34,245 bases of DNA from Candidatus Shapirobacteria bacterium (GTDB lineage: Bacteria; Patescibacteriota; Microgenomatia; UBA12405). The notes below the pieces were generated by a model. The model ran no database searches. It saw only the letters and a list, made by a program, of their open reading frames with translations, and was not told where the DNA came from. The position numbers and the translations under genes were made by a program. The first letter of the stretch is position 1. Each line of letters starts with the position of its first letter. This document shows, piece after piece, positions 1-8,906 of the stretch. The stretch is from positions 3,714 through 37,958 of the forward strand of contig JAHFKH010000004.1 of NCBI GenBank assembly GCA_023245435.1. The letters are read 5' to 3'.

Positions 1-2
1 AA

Positions 3-521
3 GCGATAGAATTGGTTAAAACCACTTCTCTTTCCAAATTTGATGGCAAAATTGAAGCCCACATTTTGGGTTTCGATATGGGAAACATTGGCGAAATCGC
101 TTTCCCTCACCTCGAATTAGGTAAAAAGAAAATCGTCATTTTAGACGACAAAATTTTAGCCGAAATCAAAGATGGTAAAGTTAATTTTGACATTTTAATT
201 GCCACTCCTGTCACCATGCCAAAATTATTACCATTTGCCAAAATTTTGGGTCCAAAAGGTTTAATGCCCAATCCTAAAAATGGCACCTTAACTGATAAAC
301 CAGAAGAAGCAGTTAAAAGATTGTCGGTTGCCAAAACCATGATCAAATCTGAGAAAAAAGCTCCTGTTATTCATCAAGTTGTTGGTACAGTTTCTCAAAA
401 AACTGAAGAAATTATTGCCAACATCAATGAATTGATCAAAGTGGTCAAACCCATCAAGATCAAAAAATTAGTTCTCTGTGCCACCATGGGTCCAGGAATT
501 AAGTGTGAAGTTTTAAAATAA
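3..521 (+). CDS. rplA: 50S ribosomal protein L1 (5' end outside window)
   Basis: Motifs FDILIATP, LGPKGLMPNPKNGT, TMGPGIK; the frame is open to the window edge (AIELVK...). Confidence 0.97.
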   Translation, partial: AIELVKTTSLSKFDGKIEAHILGFDMGNIGEIAFPHLELGKKKIVILDDKILAEIKDGKVNFDILIATPVTMPKLLPFAKILGPKGLMPNPKNGTLTDKPEEAVKRLSVAKTMIKSEKKAPVIHQVVGTVSQKTEEIIANINELIKVVKPIKIKKLVLCATMGPGIKCEVLK

Positions 522-537
522 ATAATTTAAAAACTTT

Positions 538-567
538 AATCTCCCGATGCACATCGGGAGATTTTTT
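538..567 (+). terminator. Intrinsic terminator after rplA
   Basis: Perfect inverted repeat AATCTCCCGATG-ca-CATCGGGAGATT running into a T tract. Confidence 0.8.
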
Positions 568-595
568 GTTATAATAAAAATCTATTTAACCCTCC

Positions 596-1963
596 ATGTC
601 CAAAATCAAAAACAATTTCCACTGCGGAATTGATTTTGGAACTACCAACTCCTCCCTCGCCATTTGTACCGACAATAATACAAAAGTAATTCCTATAGAC
701 AGGCAAAATCCTAACAATAAAATTTTAAAATCCTTAATTTATTTAAATCCCAAACAAGAAATTGCCATTGGTCATGACGCCATCAACCGATATTTAGACG
801 ATTTAAAAAATCTCCCCTCTGTCCCTCTTCGGTTGGAATTTACCGGTCGCATGATCAAAACTTTTGGTCCCTCCACTGGTGGTGGAGTAGGTCCTGTTAT
901 TTTTGTTCCCGAAATTGTCGAAGTTGACGATAGTGGTCGCGGTCGATTATTACAATCTTTAAAATCAGTTTTAACTAGCTCCACTTTTACTGGCACCAAT
1001 ATTTTTGGCAAATTTTATAGTTTGGAGGATTTATTAACTTTATTATTAAAAGAAATAAAAACTAGAGCGCAAACAGAAATTGGTTACGAACTAACCTCGG
1101 CCGTCATTGGTCGACCAGTCAAATATGTGGGGACATCAGAAAACAAAATTGCCCTCGACCGAATGCACACTATTGCCAAAAACGCTGGTTTTAAAGAAGT
1201 TCAATTCGAATACGAACCAGTTGGTGCCGCTCTTGATTATGGAATTAATTCCACCACTTCGCAAAAAGTTTTAGTTTATGATTTTGGCGGTGGAACATTA
1301 GATATTTGTATAATGGAGCTCCCCAGTAAAAAAATATTATCGGTTTCCGGTCGTGGTCTGGGCGGTGATTTACTAGATTCTCATTTAGCACTTAATAAAT
1401 TAGCCCCTCATTTTGGGCTAAATTCAATTATTAATCACAAAATGCCATTTCCCCGCTATTTATTTTCCACCTTTACCTCATGGTACATGGCTACCCTCCA
1501 AAAAACTGTTAAAAATCACGACACTTTGGAAGAACTGGCTGTCAAATCATCACAACCCGACCAAGTTCGTAATTTAATTGCTCTAATTTTCAATGATTAT
1601 GGTTTTGAATTTTTTCAAACCTTAGATCAATCTAAAATAAATTTATCAACTCAAAAACTAACTAATTTTGTTTTTAATCGACCAAATTTATCTATTACAG
1701 AAAATATTTCTGTAAATGATTTTGAAACTGCTATTATTCCCGATTTAGAAACTTCGCAAGATTGTATCAATGAGGCTCTAAATTTAGCCAATTTAAAACC
1801 CAATCAAATTGATAAAGTAATTTTAACTGGTGGTTCTTCCCAAGTACCCATTTTTATCAAACAACTATCTGACATCTTTACTTCTGATAAACTGACAATC
1901 TCGAGTCATTTCACTTCCGTCGCCTCCGGTCTCGCCCTGCGAGCCGAACAATTATTTATGTAG
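596..1963 (+). CDS. Hsp70-family ATPase, YegD-like (nucleotide-binding domain only)
   Basis: GIDFGTTNS, GRLLQSLKS, AVIGRPV, YEPVGAA, YDFGGGTLD, LTGGSS, C-terminal FTSVASGL; no substrate-binding domain. Confidence 0.88.
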   Translation: MSKIKNNFHCGIDFGTTNSSLAICTDNNTKVIPIDRQNPNNKILKSLIYLNPKQEIAIGHDAINRYLDDLKNLPSVPLRLEFTGRMIKTFGPSTGGGVGPVIFVPEIVEVDDSGRGRLLQSLKSVLTSSTFTGTNIFGKFYSLEDLLTLLLKEIKTRAQTEIGYELTSAVIGRPVKYVGTSENKIALDRMHTIAKNAGFKEVQFEYEPVGAALDYGINSTTSQKVLVYDFGGGTLDICIMELPSKKILSVSGRGLGGDLLDSHLALNKLAPHFGLNSIINHKMPFPRYLFSTFTSWYMATLQKTVKNHDTLEELAVKSSQPDQVRNLIALIFNDYGFEFFQTLDQSKINLSTQKLTNFVFNRPNLSITENISVNDFETAIIPDLETSQDCINEALNLANLKPNQIDKVILTGGSSQVPIFIKQLSDIFTSDKLTISSHFTSVASGLALRAEQLFM

Positions 1964-2216
1964 TCAAACCCGCTCTAATGTAGGTTTTTATTAATGATTG
2001 ATATGGAATATTTGATTCGTTAGCTTTTTCTTTAATCCGGCTCAACATAAATTTTGGTAATCGAATTGAAATTGATTCTGAAGTTGGCTTTAAATTAGGA
2101 AAACTAACTTTTTCAAAATCACTAGAATCAAAATAATCAGCCAAAGAAATTTTTGACCAAAAGTTCCTCTCAGCATCTTCGTTTTTAAATTTGGGAATTT
2201 TAAGCATTTTCTTCAT
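1956..2216 (-). CDS. BrnA/CopG-type RHH antitoxin (orphan)
   Basis: IPKFKNEDAERNFW and SISIRLP...IPYQSLIK are typical of this family; AAGGAG SD upstream. Confidence 0.85.
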   Translation of the reverse strand: MKKMLKIPKFKNEDAERNFWSKISLADYFDSSDFEKVSFPNLKPTSESISIRLPKFMLSRIKEKANESNIPYQSLIKTYIRAGLTT

Positions 2217-2231
2217 ATAATTTTTTCTCCT

Positions 2232-3095
2232 TTATTCTAACGCCAAATCAATAATTTTATCCAACAATTGCGAATAACTTATTCCAATTACAGAAGCTTC
2301 TTTGGGAATTAACGAATGTGACGTCATCCCCGGAAGCGTATTAATTTCCAAGATATATGTTTTATTTTTATGAATTATAAAATCAATTCGAGCATACCCT
2401 CTAGCTTTTACTGCCAAATAAACCTGTCTTGCTAATTCCTGTACCTCTTCCGTTAATTTTTTACTAATTTTAGCAGGACAATTATATTCCGACTTATCAT
2501 CACTATACTTTGCTTCATAGTTATAAAACCCAACCTTAGGCATAATTTCTACTACAGGTAAAACAATAATATCTTTATTGCCAATGACCCCACACGACAG
2601 TTCTATTCCTTCCAAATACTCCTCAATCAACACTTCGTCATCATATTTTTTGGCATTTTGGATAGCTTTAGATAAATCATTTTGCTGTTTTACAATGGTT
2701 ACCCCAATACTTGATCCACCATTAACGGGTTTTACCACGCAAGGAATTTTATTAGTCAATTTAGCCATAGGCAATTTTAATCTCTCCATTACCCATCGAA
2801 AAATCATTTTATCCATACCAACAGCCGAGGCCAAAACCCCCGATCCGGTATATTTTATTCCCTTGGTTTCCAAATACCCCTGAATTTGTCCATCCTCTCC
2901 CCCTTTTCCATGTAAAGCCAACAATGCCACATCACAACCATCAATTTTATTTAAATCTTTTGGTAAATCCACTTTAACAACTTCATATTTATTCAAATCT
3001 AAATGTTTAACCATCTCGTTCCCTGTCATCAGTGACACTTCCCTCTCCGAGCTTTCTCCCCCCATCAACACGGCCACTTTTAGTTTTTTGTGCAT
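2232..3095 (-). CDS. ddl: D-alanine--D-alanine ligase
   Basis: GGESSEREVSL, LHGKGGEDG, GSSIGV, YNYEAKY, LEINTLPGMT. Confidence 0.95.
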   Translation of the reverse strand: MHKKLKVAVLMGGESSEREVSLMTGNEMVKHLDLNKYEVVKVDLPKDLNKIDGCDVALLALHGKGGEDGQIQGYLETKGIKYTGSGVLASAVGMDKMIFRWVMERLKLPMAKLTNKIPCVVKPVNGGSSIGVTIVKQQNDLSKAIQNAKKYDDEVLIEEYLEGIELSCGVIGNKDIIVLPVVEIMPKVGFYNYEAKYSDDKSEYNCPAKISKKLTEEVQELARQVYLAVKARGYARIDFIIHKNKTYILEINTLPGMTSHSLIPKEASVIGISYSQLLDKIIDLALE

Positions 3096-3100
3096 TATCT

Positions 3101-3108
3101 ATTATAAT
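3101..3108. promoter_or_regulatory. Palindromic double -10 box (ATTATAAT) for divergent ddl and murF
   Basis: TATAAT on both strands, 5 nt from the ddl ATG and 7 nt from the murF GTG; only 20 bp separate the starts. Confidence 0.65.
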
Positions 3109-3115
3109 ATAGTCA

Positions 3116-4315
3116 GTGAAAAAATATTTATCGCTCCTTTTGCTTTACTATTTCCGGTTTTTTGCGAGACTCCAGCTTCTAAAAAACCGAAAAATGACCA
3201 TTGTCGGTGTCACAGGCTCGGCTGGTAAAAGCTCGGCTATCAGTGTTTGTCAAGCTGCCTTAGGTTCAAAATATAAAATCAAAACCAATAATGGCACCAA
3301 TTCTGAATCTGGCATTCCTTTTGCCATATTGGGCATAAAAATTTCTGGTTATTCCCCTATAGATTGGCTAAAATACATACTCTTGGCACCAATACAGTTA
3401 ATTTCTAACTGGCAAAAATATGACATTTATTTGTGTGAAATGGGCGTCGATGGACCCGATTCGCCCAAAAATATGTCTTTTCTTCTTACAATTATTAAGC
3501 CCCAAATTGGTATTTTTCTCAATGCTAATTTGTCTCATTCCCAAAATTTTGACCAAACTTTACCCACCGACCAAATCCTATTAAAAATCGGATTAGAAAA
3601 ATCAAAATTAATCACCTCTCTCCCCTCCACTGGTTTTGCCCTTATCAACAACAATGATCCAATTGTTGCTAAAACCACTCAAAATACTTTGGCCAAAAAA
3701 ATATATTTAAAACCAATTCATATTGATTTTTCCAATTTTGCCACTCCCCAAAGTTTTGATGTTTCAATTTCGGCCGCCATTAACTTAGCTCAAATTTTTA
3801 ACATCAATCAAACCGAGGCTATAAATAATATAAAAAATAATTTAATCCTTCCTCCCGGCCGCTGTTCTATTTTAAATGGCATTAACAATTCCACTATTAT
3901 TGATAGTTCTTACAACTCCTCCCCCTTGGCTTGTAGTGAAATGTTGGATATCTTAAAAAAATATCCATCACCACGAATTGCCGTTTTGGGTGATATGCGC
4001 GAATTGGGTCTTCAATCAAAATCCGCCCATCAAAATATATATCAACTCGCTTTAAAATCGGCTGATACTATTATTAGTATCGGAACTGATACCAACAAAC
4101 ACTTTGGTGATAAAGCTATAAAATTTTTAAATTATTCTGACGCCTCAATATACCTCATCAAAAATTTACCCAAAAATGCCACTGTTTTAGTCAAAGGTTC
4201 CCAAAATACAATTTTTCTCGAAGAGTTAGTTAAATCAATTCTTAAAAACCCCGCCGACGCAAATAAACTTTGTCGTCAATCCCCCTATTGGCTAAAAATA
4301 AAATCTGTTCATTGA
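3116..4315 (+). CDS. murF: UDP-MurNAc-tripeptide--D-Ala-D-Ala ligase
   Basis: VGVTGSAGKS P-loop, CEMGVD, PGR, IIDSSYNSSP, VLGDMRELG, LVKGSQ. Confidence 0.9.
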   Translation: MKKYLSLLLLYYFRFFARLQLLKNRKMTIVGVTGSAGKSSAISVCQAALGSKYKIKTNNGTNSESGIPFAILGIKISGYSPIDWLKYILLAPIQLISNWQKYDIYLCEMGVDGPDSPKNMSFLLTIIKPQIGIFLNANLSHSQNFDQTLPTDQILLKIGLEKSKLITSLPSTGFALINNNDPIVAKTTQNTLAKKIYLKPIHIDFSNFATPQSFDVSISAAINLAQIFNINQTEAINNIKNNLILPPGRCSILNGINNSTIIDSSYNSSPLACSEMLDILKKYPSPRIAVLGDMRELGLQSKSAHQNIYQLALKSADTIISIGTDTNKHFGDKAIKFLNYSDASIYLIKNLPKNATVLVKGSQNTIFLEELVKSILKNPADANKLCRQSPYWLKIKSVH

Positions 4316-4346
4316 TACCATCTCAAAAAACATATAATATCTTTAT

Positions 4347-5444
4347 ATGTTTAATCTATTTTCCAAAAAAGAACCAGTTACTGTTGCCCCTATTAAAGTT
4401 GAACCAAAACCAAACACCAATGGTCAACTAAATATTGACAAAGAAGCTTTAAAAAATATTAAATTGGTCACTGTCGCCTACTCTCACGTCGAACGCGACA
4501 TGTTTCCTACTCAAGATGCCTACGATGCCGAAATTGAAGTCGAAGACCGCGCCAAAGAAGTCGCCGATGTCATCAAAGAATTGGGCATCGAAGTCAAACT
4601 AACCCCCGGCAATCAATATTTATTAACTACACTATTAGTCGACAAACCAGATGTGGTTATCAATTTGGTCGACACTCTTCGGGGCAAAGACCGTCTGCAA
4701 ACTTCTGTTCCCGCCTCACTTGAATTAAGTAATATCCCCTACACTGGTGCCGGTATGGAAGGATTAATTATTGGTAACGATCGTAATTTAACCAAAAGAC
4801 TATTAATTGCCTACGACATTCCCACTCCTGCTTTTCAATATATTCGTCGTGCTGGCACTGCTATTCAAGAAGATTTGGGTTTGCCCTTGATTGTAAAACT
4901 TTGTGGTTCCGGTGGATCTGTTGGTATTGACAATCACGCTGTCAAAGAAACCATTAAAGAAGCTCAAAATAAAGCTGACAAAATGCTTAGTGTATACAAA
5001 ATGCCTGTTATTGTTGAACAATTTGTTGATGGCCCCGAAATTACAGTTTGCATTTTTGATGATGGCATCAAAAATCATGTTTTTATGGCTCAAAAAGTTT
5101 TCCGCAAAAAACCCGATGGTAAACATTATTTTACCAGCATCGAATCGTATGAAGATGCTCGAGCCTACACCTACACTCCTGTCGAAGAACCAATTCAAAC
5201 CAAAATTTCGCGACTGGCCATTCGCGCTTTTAATGCTCTAAATCACAAAGATTACGCCAAATTTGATATTCGTTACAACGAAGCCACCAATACCCCCTAC
5301 TTTACCGACAGTAATCCTAATACTGCTTTTGGTCCTGATATGGGATTGCCATTTACTGAAGTTGCCGCTATGTATCATGTCAGTTTTAAAGACATTGTTG
5401 CTTCTATGCTCAGTAAATATGGTAAACAAATTTCCAAATCTTAA
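4347..5444 (+). CDS. Ddl-like ATP-grasp ligase, divergent
   Basis: IPYTGAG, PLIVK..GGSVGI, VEQFVDGPEITV, DYAKFDIR, DSNPN (canonical ExNxxPG altered). Confidence 0.8.
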   Translation: MFNLFSKKEPVTVAPIKVEPKPNTNGQLNIDKEALKNIKLVTVAYSHVERDMFPTQDAYDAEIEVEDRAKEVADVIKELGIEVKLTPGNQYLLTTLLVDKPDVVINLVDTLRGKDRLQTSVPASLELSNIPYTGAGMEGLIIGNDRNLTKRLLIAYDIPTPAFQYIRRAGTAIQEDLGLPLIVKLCGSGGSVGIDNHAVKETIKEAQNKADKMLSVYKMPVIVEQFVDGPEITVCIFDDGIKNHVFMAQKVFRKKPDGKHYFTSIESYEDARAYTYTPVEEPIQTKISRLAIRAFNALNHKDYAKFDIRYNEATNTPYFTDSNPNTAFGPDMGLPFTEVAAMYHVSFKDIVASMLSKYGKQISKS

Positions 5445-6006
5445 ACGAATTGCTCAAATAAATAGTTATTATTGTGGCCCGGCCTCGCTACAAATGTTGT
5501 TTAGTTTTTACAATGTTGACATTGAACAACAGCAAGTTGTCGATTATTTAGGTATTAACGACAAAATTATAAACTTTGGGACCACCATTCAAGAATTAGG
5601 TACTTTTGTCAAAGATTTATATCCCCAATATCAATTTTGGTACAAATTAAATTCTTCAATTACTGAATTATCACAAATAATAAACGAGTATAAATACCCT
5701 GTTGGCGTTGAGTGGCAGGGAGTTTTTGATTATCCCGACGAGGAAAAATCAGAAGACGAAGATGATGACCCAGGTCACTTGGCTGTCATTACTGAGATAA
5801 ATACCAGTAAAAATTATATTTATATTGCCGATCCGGATATACATTATGCCGGTAAAGACCGAAAATTTTCTATTCTTCAGTTTGAACGTCGTTGGTGGGA
5901 TATAAATGTTATTAACCATCAAGAAATTGATGATTATCACGGGCTTTTTTTTATTTCCCCTCAAAATATTTCCTTCCCCCCAGAATTTCAACTTCTCAAG
6001 CCTTAA
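5419..6006 (+). CDS. Papain-like cysteine peptidase, C39-like
   Basis: QINSYYCGPASLQM, GH, IADP give a Cys-His-Asp triad; likely start is ATG 5419, overlapping the ligase stop. Confidence 0.8.
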   Translation: MVNKFPNLKRIAQINSYYCGPASLQMLFSFYNVDIEQQQVVDYLGINDKIINFGTTIQELGTFVKDLYPQYQFWYKLNSSITELSQIINEYKYPVGVEWQGVFDYPDEEKSEDEDDDPGHLAVITEINTSKNYIYIADPDIHYAGKDRKFSILQFERRWWDINVINHQEIDDYHGLFFISPQNISFPPEFQLLKP

Positions 6007-6571
6007 ATTCTTTTTCTTTTTTCATTTCCCGCTCAATCAAATTTCTCAAAAACACCGATCGAGGAATCATTCTCTTTTGCGCCACCCAATCCAAATAACT
6101 CAAAATTTTGGGTGAGACAAAAAAATTAAAACGGACATCACTATTTTGCTTGGCCGCTTCTACCGCTTTAATTAATTCATCGTGTAAATTATTTTTATTG
6201 TAAGCCACCCAAATTACTTTTTCGGTACTAACCCCTTTAAACAACATTGGTTCTTTACCTTCCTCATCTGAATACATCACAATCACAGGTTTACCTTTTT
6301 CAATTGCCAAAGTTATTTCGTGTCCAATATGAAGAGTTGAAGGGAAAGAAGCTTCAAATACTGAGAAATCGCTTTTGTCGAGTGATTTAACTATTTCTTT
6401 GTGAAAATCAAATTTTTGAATCGCCGACAATTGTTCTTTTCCCTTTGCCCATTTATCTATTGTATTGTCGATAACACTGTAACCTTCATCCTTTAAAAAA
6501 CCCACTATTTTTTTATATACCTCACTATATTGGTCTCGGTAAAAACGTGATCCGGAAAAATATACTTTCAT
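5996..6571 (-). CDS. Nucleoside 2-deoxyribosyltransferase/DNPH1-like domain fused to a C-terminal ribbon-helix-helix
   Basis: KVYFSGS, DFSVFEASFPSTLHIGHEI..A...KPV; C-terminal VRFNFFVSP...RSVFLRNLIE. Confidence 0.7.
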   Translation of the reverse strand: MKVYFSGSRFYRDQYSEVYKKIVGFLKDEGYSVIDNTIDKWAKGKEQLSAIQKFDFHKEIVKSLDKSDFSVFEASFPSTLHIGHEITLAIEKGKPVIVMYSDEEGKEPMLFKGVSTEKVIWVAYNKNNLHDELIKAVEAAKQNSDVRFNFFVSPKILSYLDWVAQKRMIPRSVFLRNLIEREMKKEKEFKA

Positions 6572-6580
6572 ATTTCTGTA

Positions 6581-7120
6581 TTATATCAGTAAATCTATCT
6601 TTTCATACAAATCTATCCTATTTGCACATGGATAGATATCCGATTTACTATTATATTTTTTTACTATTTTTTTAAAAAATTTTACAGTTGGATAATCAAT
6701 TCCTACTCGTCGATAATAATCACGAGGATTGTAATATTGATTAATAATAATTTGGGACAAAATTAAATTATGCTTAAAACCAAATCTAACTCTTTCAACT
6801 GGGTCGGTAAAATAACGTTTCCATTGCCAAAATATTGTCTGCCATATTGGTTGGATCACCAATATAATTAAATCAGCCTTATCAAAAATTTCTTCAACCT
6901 TATAAATTCCTTCCATGACCCAATTTTTCTTTTTAAAAACTTTATTCAAATCACTCATTATCTTTGAATTTTTATACAAAGGTATTTTATTTTCAATAAT
7001 ATTTGAATAATCTACAAACACATCGTCAAGATCTACATAAGTTAATCCGTATCTATCGGCAATCATTCTTGCCAAAGTACTTTTGCCTCCACCACATGGT
7101 CCAATAATACTTATCTTCAT
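6581..7120 (-). CDS. P-loop nucleotide kinase (adenylate kinase/topology modulation protein-like)
   Basis: IIGPCGGGKSTLA, DLDD, WVMEG, ADLII; start ATG 7120 or TTG 7129. Confidence 0.78.
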   Translation of the reverse strand: MKISIIGPCGGGKSTLARMIADRYGLTYVDLDDVFVDYSNIIENKIPLYKNSKIMSDLNKVFKKKNWVMEGIYKVEEIFDKADLIILVIQPIWQTIFWQWKRYFTDPVERVRFGFKHNLILSQIIINQYYNPRDYYRRVGIDYPTVKFFKKIVKKYNSKSDIYPCANRIDLYEKIDLLI

Positions 7121-7144
7121 AAAATCCAAGTATTATATCAATAT

Positions 7145-8098
7145 TTACCAAAAAATTCGATACCACTTTATATCGTTTTTCACTGCTTCATCCCAACTTC
7201 CTTTTAAATTATGATCTGCCCCATCATAAATTTGTAACTCTACATCTTTATTTAATAATTGTAAATTATTAACTACCTCAGTTTGCCATTCAACTTTTAC
7301 CTGGCTATCAGCTGTCCCCTGCTCAATCAAAATAGGAGCATTGATCCATTCATAATAATTTTCAAACGCATAACGCCTACCATCATAATATTTTAAAAAT
7401 AAATTGACAAAATCAGTTGCTTTTTGTTTTTCTTCTCCTTCGTCGGCAGTATCAATTAAACTTTGAGGAAATGGATTTGTCATTGGGGCCCACAACACCG
7501 TCGGGTATTTTTCCCCCGTGATTTCTAATACTGACAAGGCAATTTGCCCACCGTTACTATGCGCCCAAATCCCAATTTTATTTTTATCCACCCACGGCAA
7601 TTGTTTGACAGACTGTATCAAATCAAGTACTTCTATAACTTTGTGAAACCTTGCCTCCAACACATCGCTCGATTCATTATCACTATTTCCATAACCCAAA
7701 AAATCCAAACTTATTGTGGCATACCCAGCCCGAGCCAATTCGTCCGCCACTTTCCATGTCCCCGACCCCACATAATACCCTTCTTTTTCTGCATACCCCC
7801 GAATCATGATAATAATTGGTTTATTATATTTACCATCCCAATTTAACATCCCCGATACTTTTTTGCCATCACTCACAAAGCTAATTTCCCGACCTTTTTT
7901 ATTATCAATTTGTTCTGAAATAACTATTGTTGAGCCAACTCCCTGCCTTTTTGCCAAACTATCAAAATCATATTTTTCTAGGCTTTTTTCACTAAATTTT
8001 ACGTTTACCAGCGGGCTTATTACCCCCCGTGGCCAAAAAAAATATATACCAATACTTAAAAATATTACAATCAAAATTAATCCAATCAGCTTCCTCAC
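7145..8098 (-). CDS. Membrane-anchored alpha/beta hydrolase (peptidase S9-like)
   Basis: N-terminal TM helix; DFLGYGNS, WAHSNGG nucleophile, QGTAD, GADH. Confidence 0.85.
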   Translation of the reverse strand: MRKLIGLILIVIFLSIGIYFFWPRGVISPLVNVKFSEKSLEKYDFDSLAKRQGVGSTIVISEQIDNKKGREISFVSDGKKVSGMLNWDGKYNKPIIIMIRGYAEKEGYYVGSGTWKVADELARAGYATISLDFLGYGNSDNESSDVLEARFHKVIEVLDLIQSVKQLPWVDKNKIGIWAHSNGGQIALSVLEITGEKYPTVLWAPMTNPFPQSLIDTADEGEEKQKATDFVNLFLKYYDGRRYAFENYYEWINAPILIEQGTADSQVKVEWQTEVVNNLQLLNKDVELQIYDGADHNLKGSWDEAVKNDIKWYRIFW

Positions 8099-8295
8099 AC
8101 TTCCATTCTATCTCTTGTTTCAAACATTTCTCTTAATAGTTTTTGGTCTTCTTCAACCGTTTTTCCCAAAAACAAATCTTTATTTTCCACACATTTAACA
8201 AACAATTCTCGTGTCAAAACAGGTTCTCCCAAACCTACGTCAAAAACCGCCCGTAAAATATTTAATCTATCCGCTCCTTTAAAAATCCTTGCCAT
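8095..8295 (-). CDS. Small hypothetical protein
   Basis: 66-codon ORF with TAGAAT 6 nt upstream; stop overlaps the next GTG. Confidence 0.5.
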   Translation of the reverse strand: MARIFKGADRLNILRAVFDVGLGEPVLTRELFVKCVENKDLFLGKTVEEDQKLLREMFETRDRMEV

Positions 8296-8401
8296 CCTTT
8301 AATTCTACTCACCTAATCGTCCTTGCCAACCCCCCAAAAATTGTGACTAAATACCCATAATATTTTACCTTTAATAAATACAGTGATATAATCACTGCAA
8401 T

Positions 8402-8764
8402 ATGACAGAAAATACAGATAATAACCCTATAGAAGAAATTATGATGCCGACAGCGTCAGAAATAAATGAAAAATTAAAAAAAGCAGGTATTTTAGGTATG
8501 GGTCGTCAAAATGATAGTTTCCTTAATAAATATATTAAACTCATTGCTGGCAAAAATATTTGTGGTGTAGAACTAGCCGTAAATTGGATGCTAACACTTA
8601 ATGAAAATGATTTAGCTCTTTCACTAGAAGAACAAGCAAAAATTGATAGTAAATTTGGTCAAGTTATTGACTCTTTAATTTCAGATCCAAGCATTACTGA
8701 GAGTGCAAAAATTATGAATATACTAACAGGACCTTCACAATTAATAAGAATAAGAAAAACCTAA
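8402..8764 (+). CDS. Hypothetical protein
   Basis: 120-aa ORF preceded by TGnTATAAT; A-rich codon usage unlike neighbouring + strand genes. Confidence 0.6.
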   Translation: MTENTDNNPIEEIMMPTASEINEKLKKAGILGMGRQNDSFLNKYIKLIAGKNICGVELAVNWMLTLNENDLALSLEEQAKIDSKFGQVIDSLISDPSITESAKIMNILTGPSQLIRIRKT

Positions 8765-8785
8765 TCCACATTTTTATTATTTTTC

Positions 8786-8794
8786 TGTTATAAT
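8786..8794 (+). promoter_or_regulatory. Extended -10 promoter of rplJ-rplL
   Basis: TGTTATAAT immediately upstream of the L10 leader. Confidence 0.65.
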
Positions 8795-8800
8795 CACATC

Positions 8801-8894
8801 TGTCCTACCGAAGACAGCAGGCACTCAAATAAGTCCCGCCGAGGAAAAAACTTAGATTTACTCAATCTTTGCCTCGATTTTCGAGGCTTTTTTT
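8801..8894 (+). ncRNA. L10 leader (r-protein autoregulatory RNA) with terminator hairpin
   Basis: CCGAAGACAGCAGG...CCCGCCGAGG core upstream of rplJ; GCCTCGA-ttt-TCGAGGC plus T7 at 8871-8894. Confidence 0.8.
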
Positions 8895-8906
8895 ATTTTA
8901 AAAAAT

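Noticed and set aside
810..935. Extra segment in the YegD-like protein as a mobile insertion
   Set aside because: No repeat or palindrome structure in the DNA; more likely a subfamily loop.
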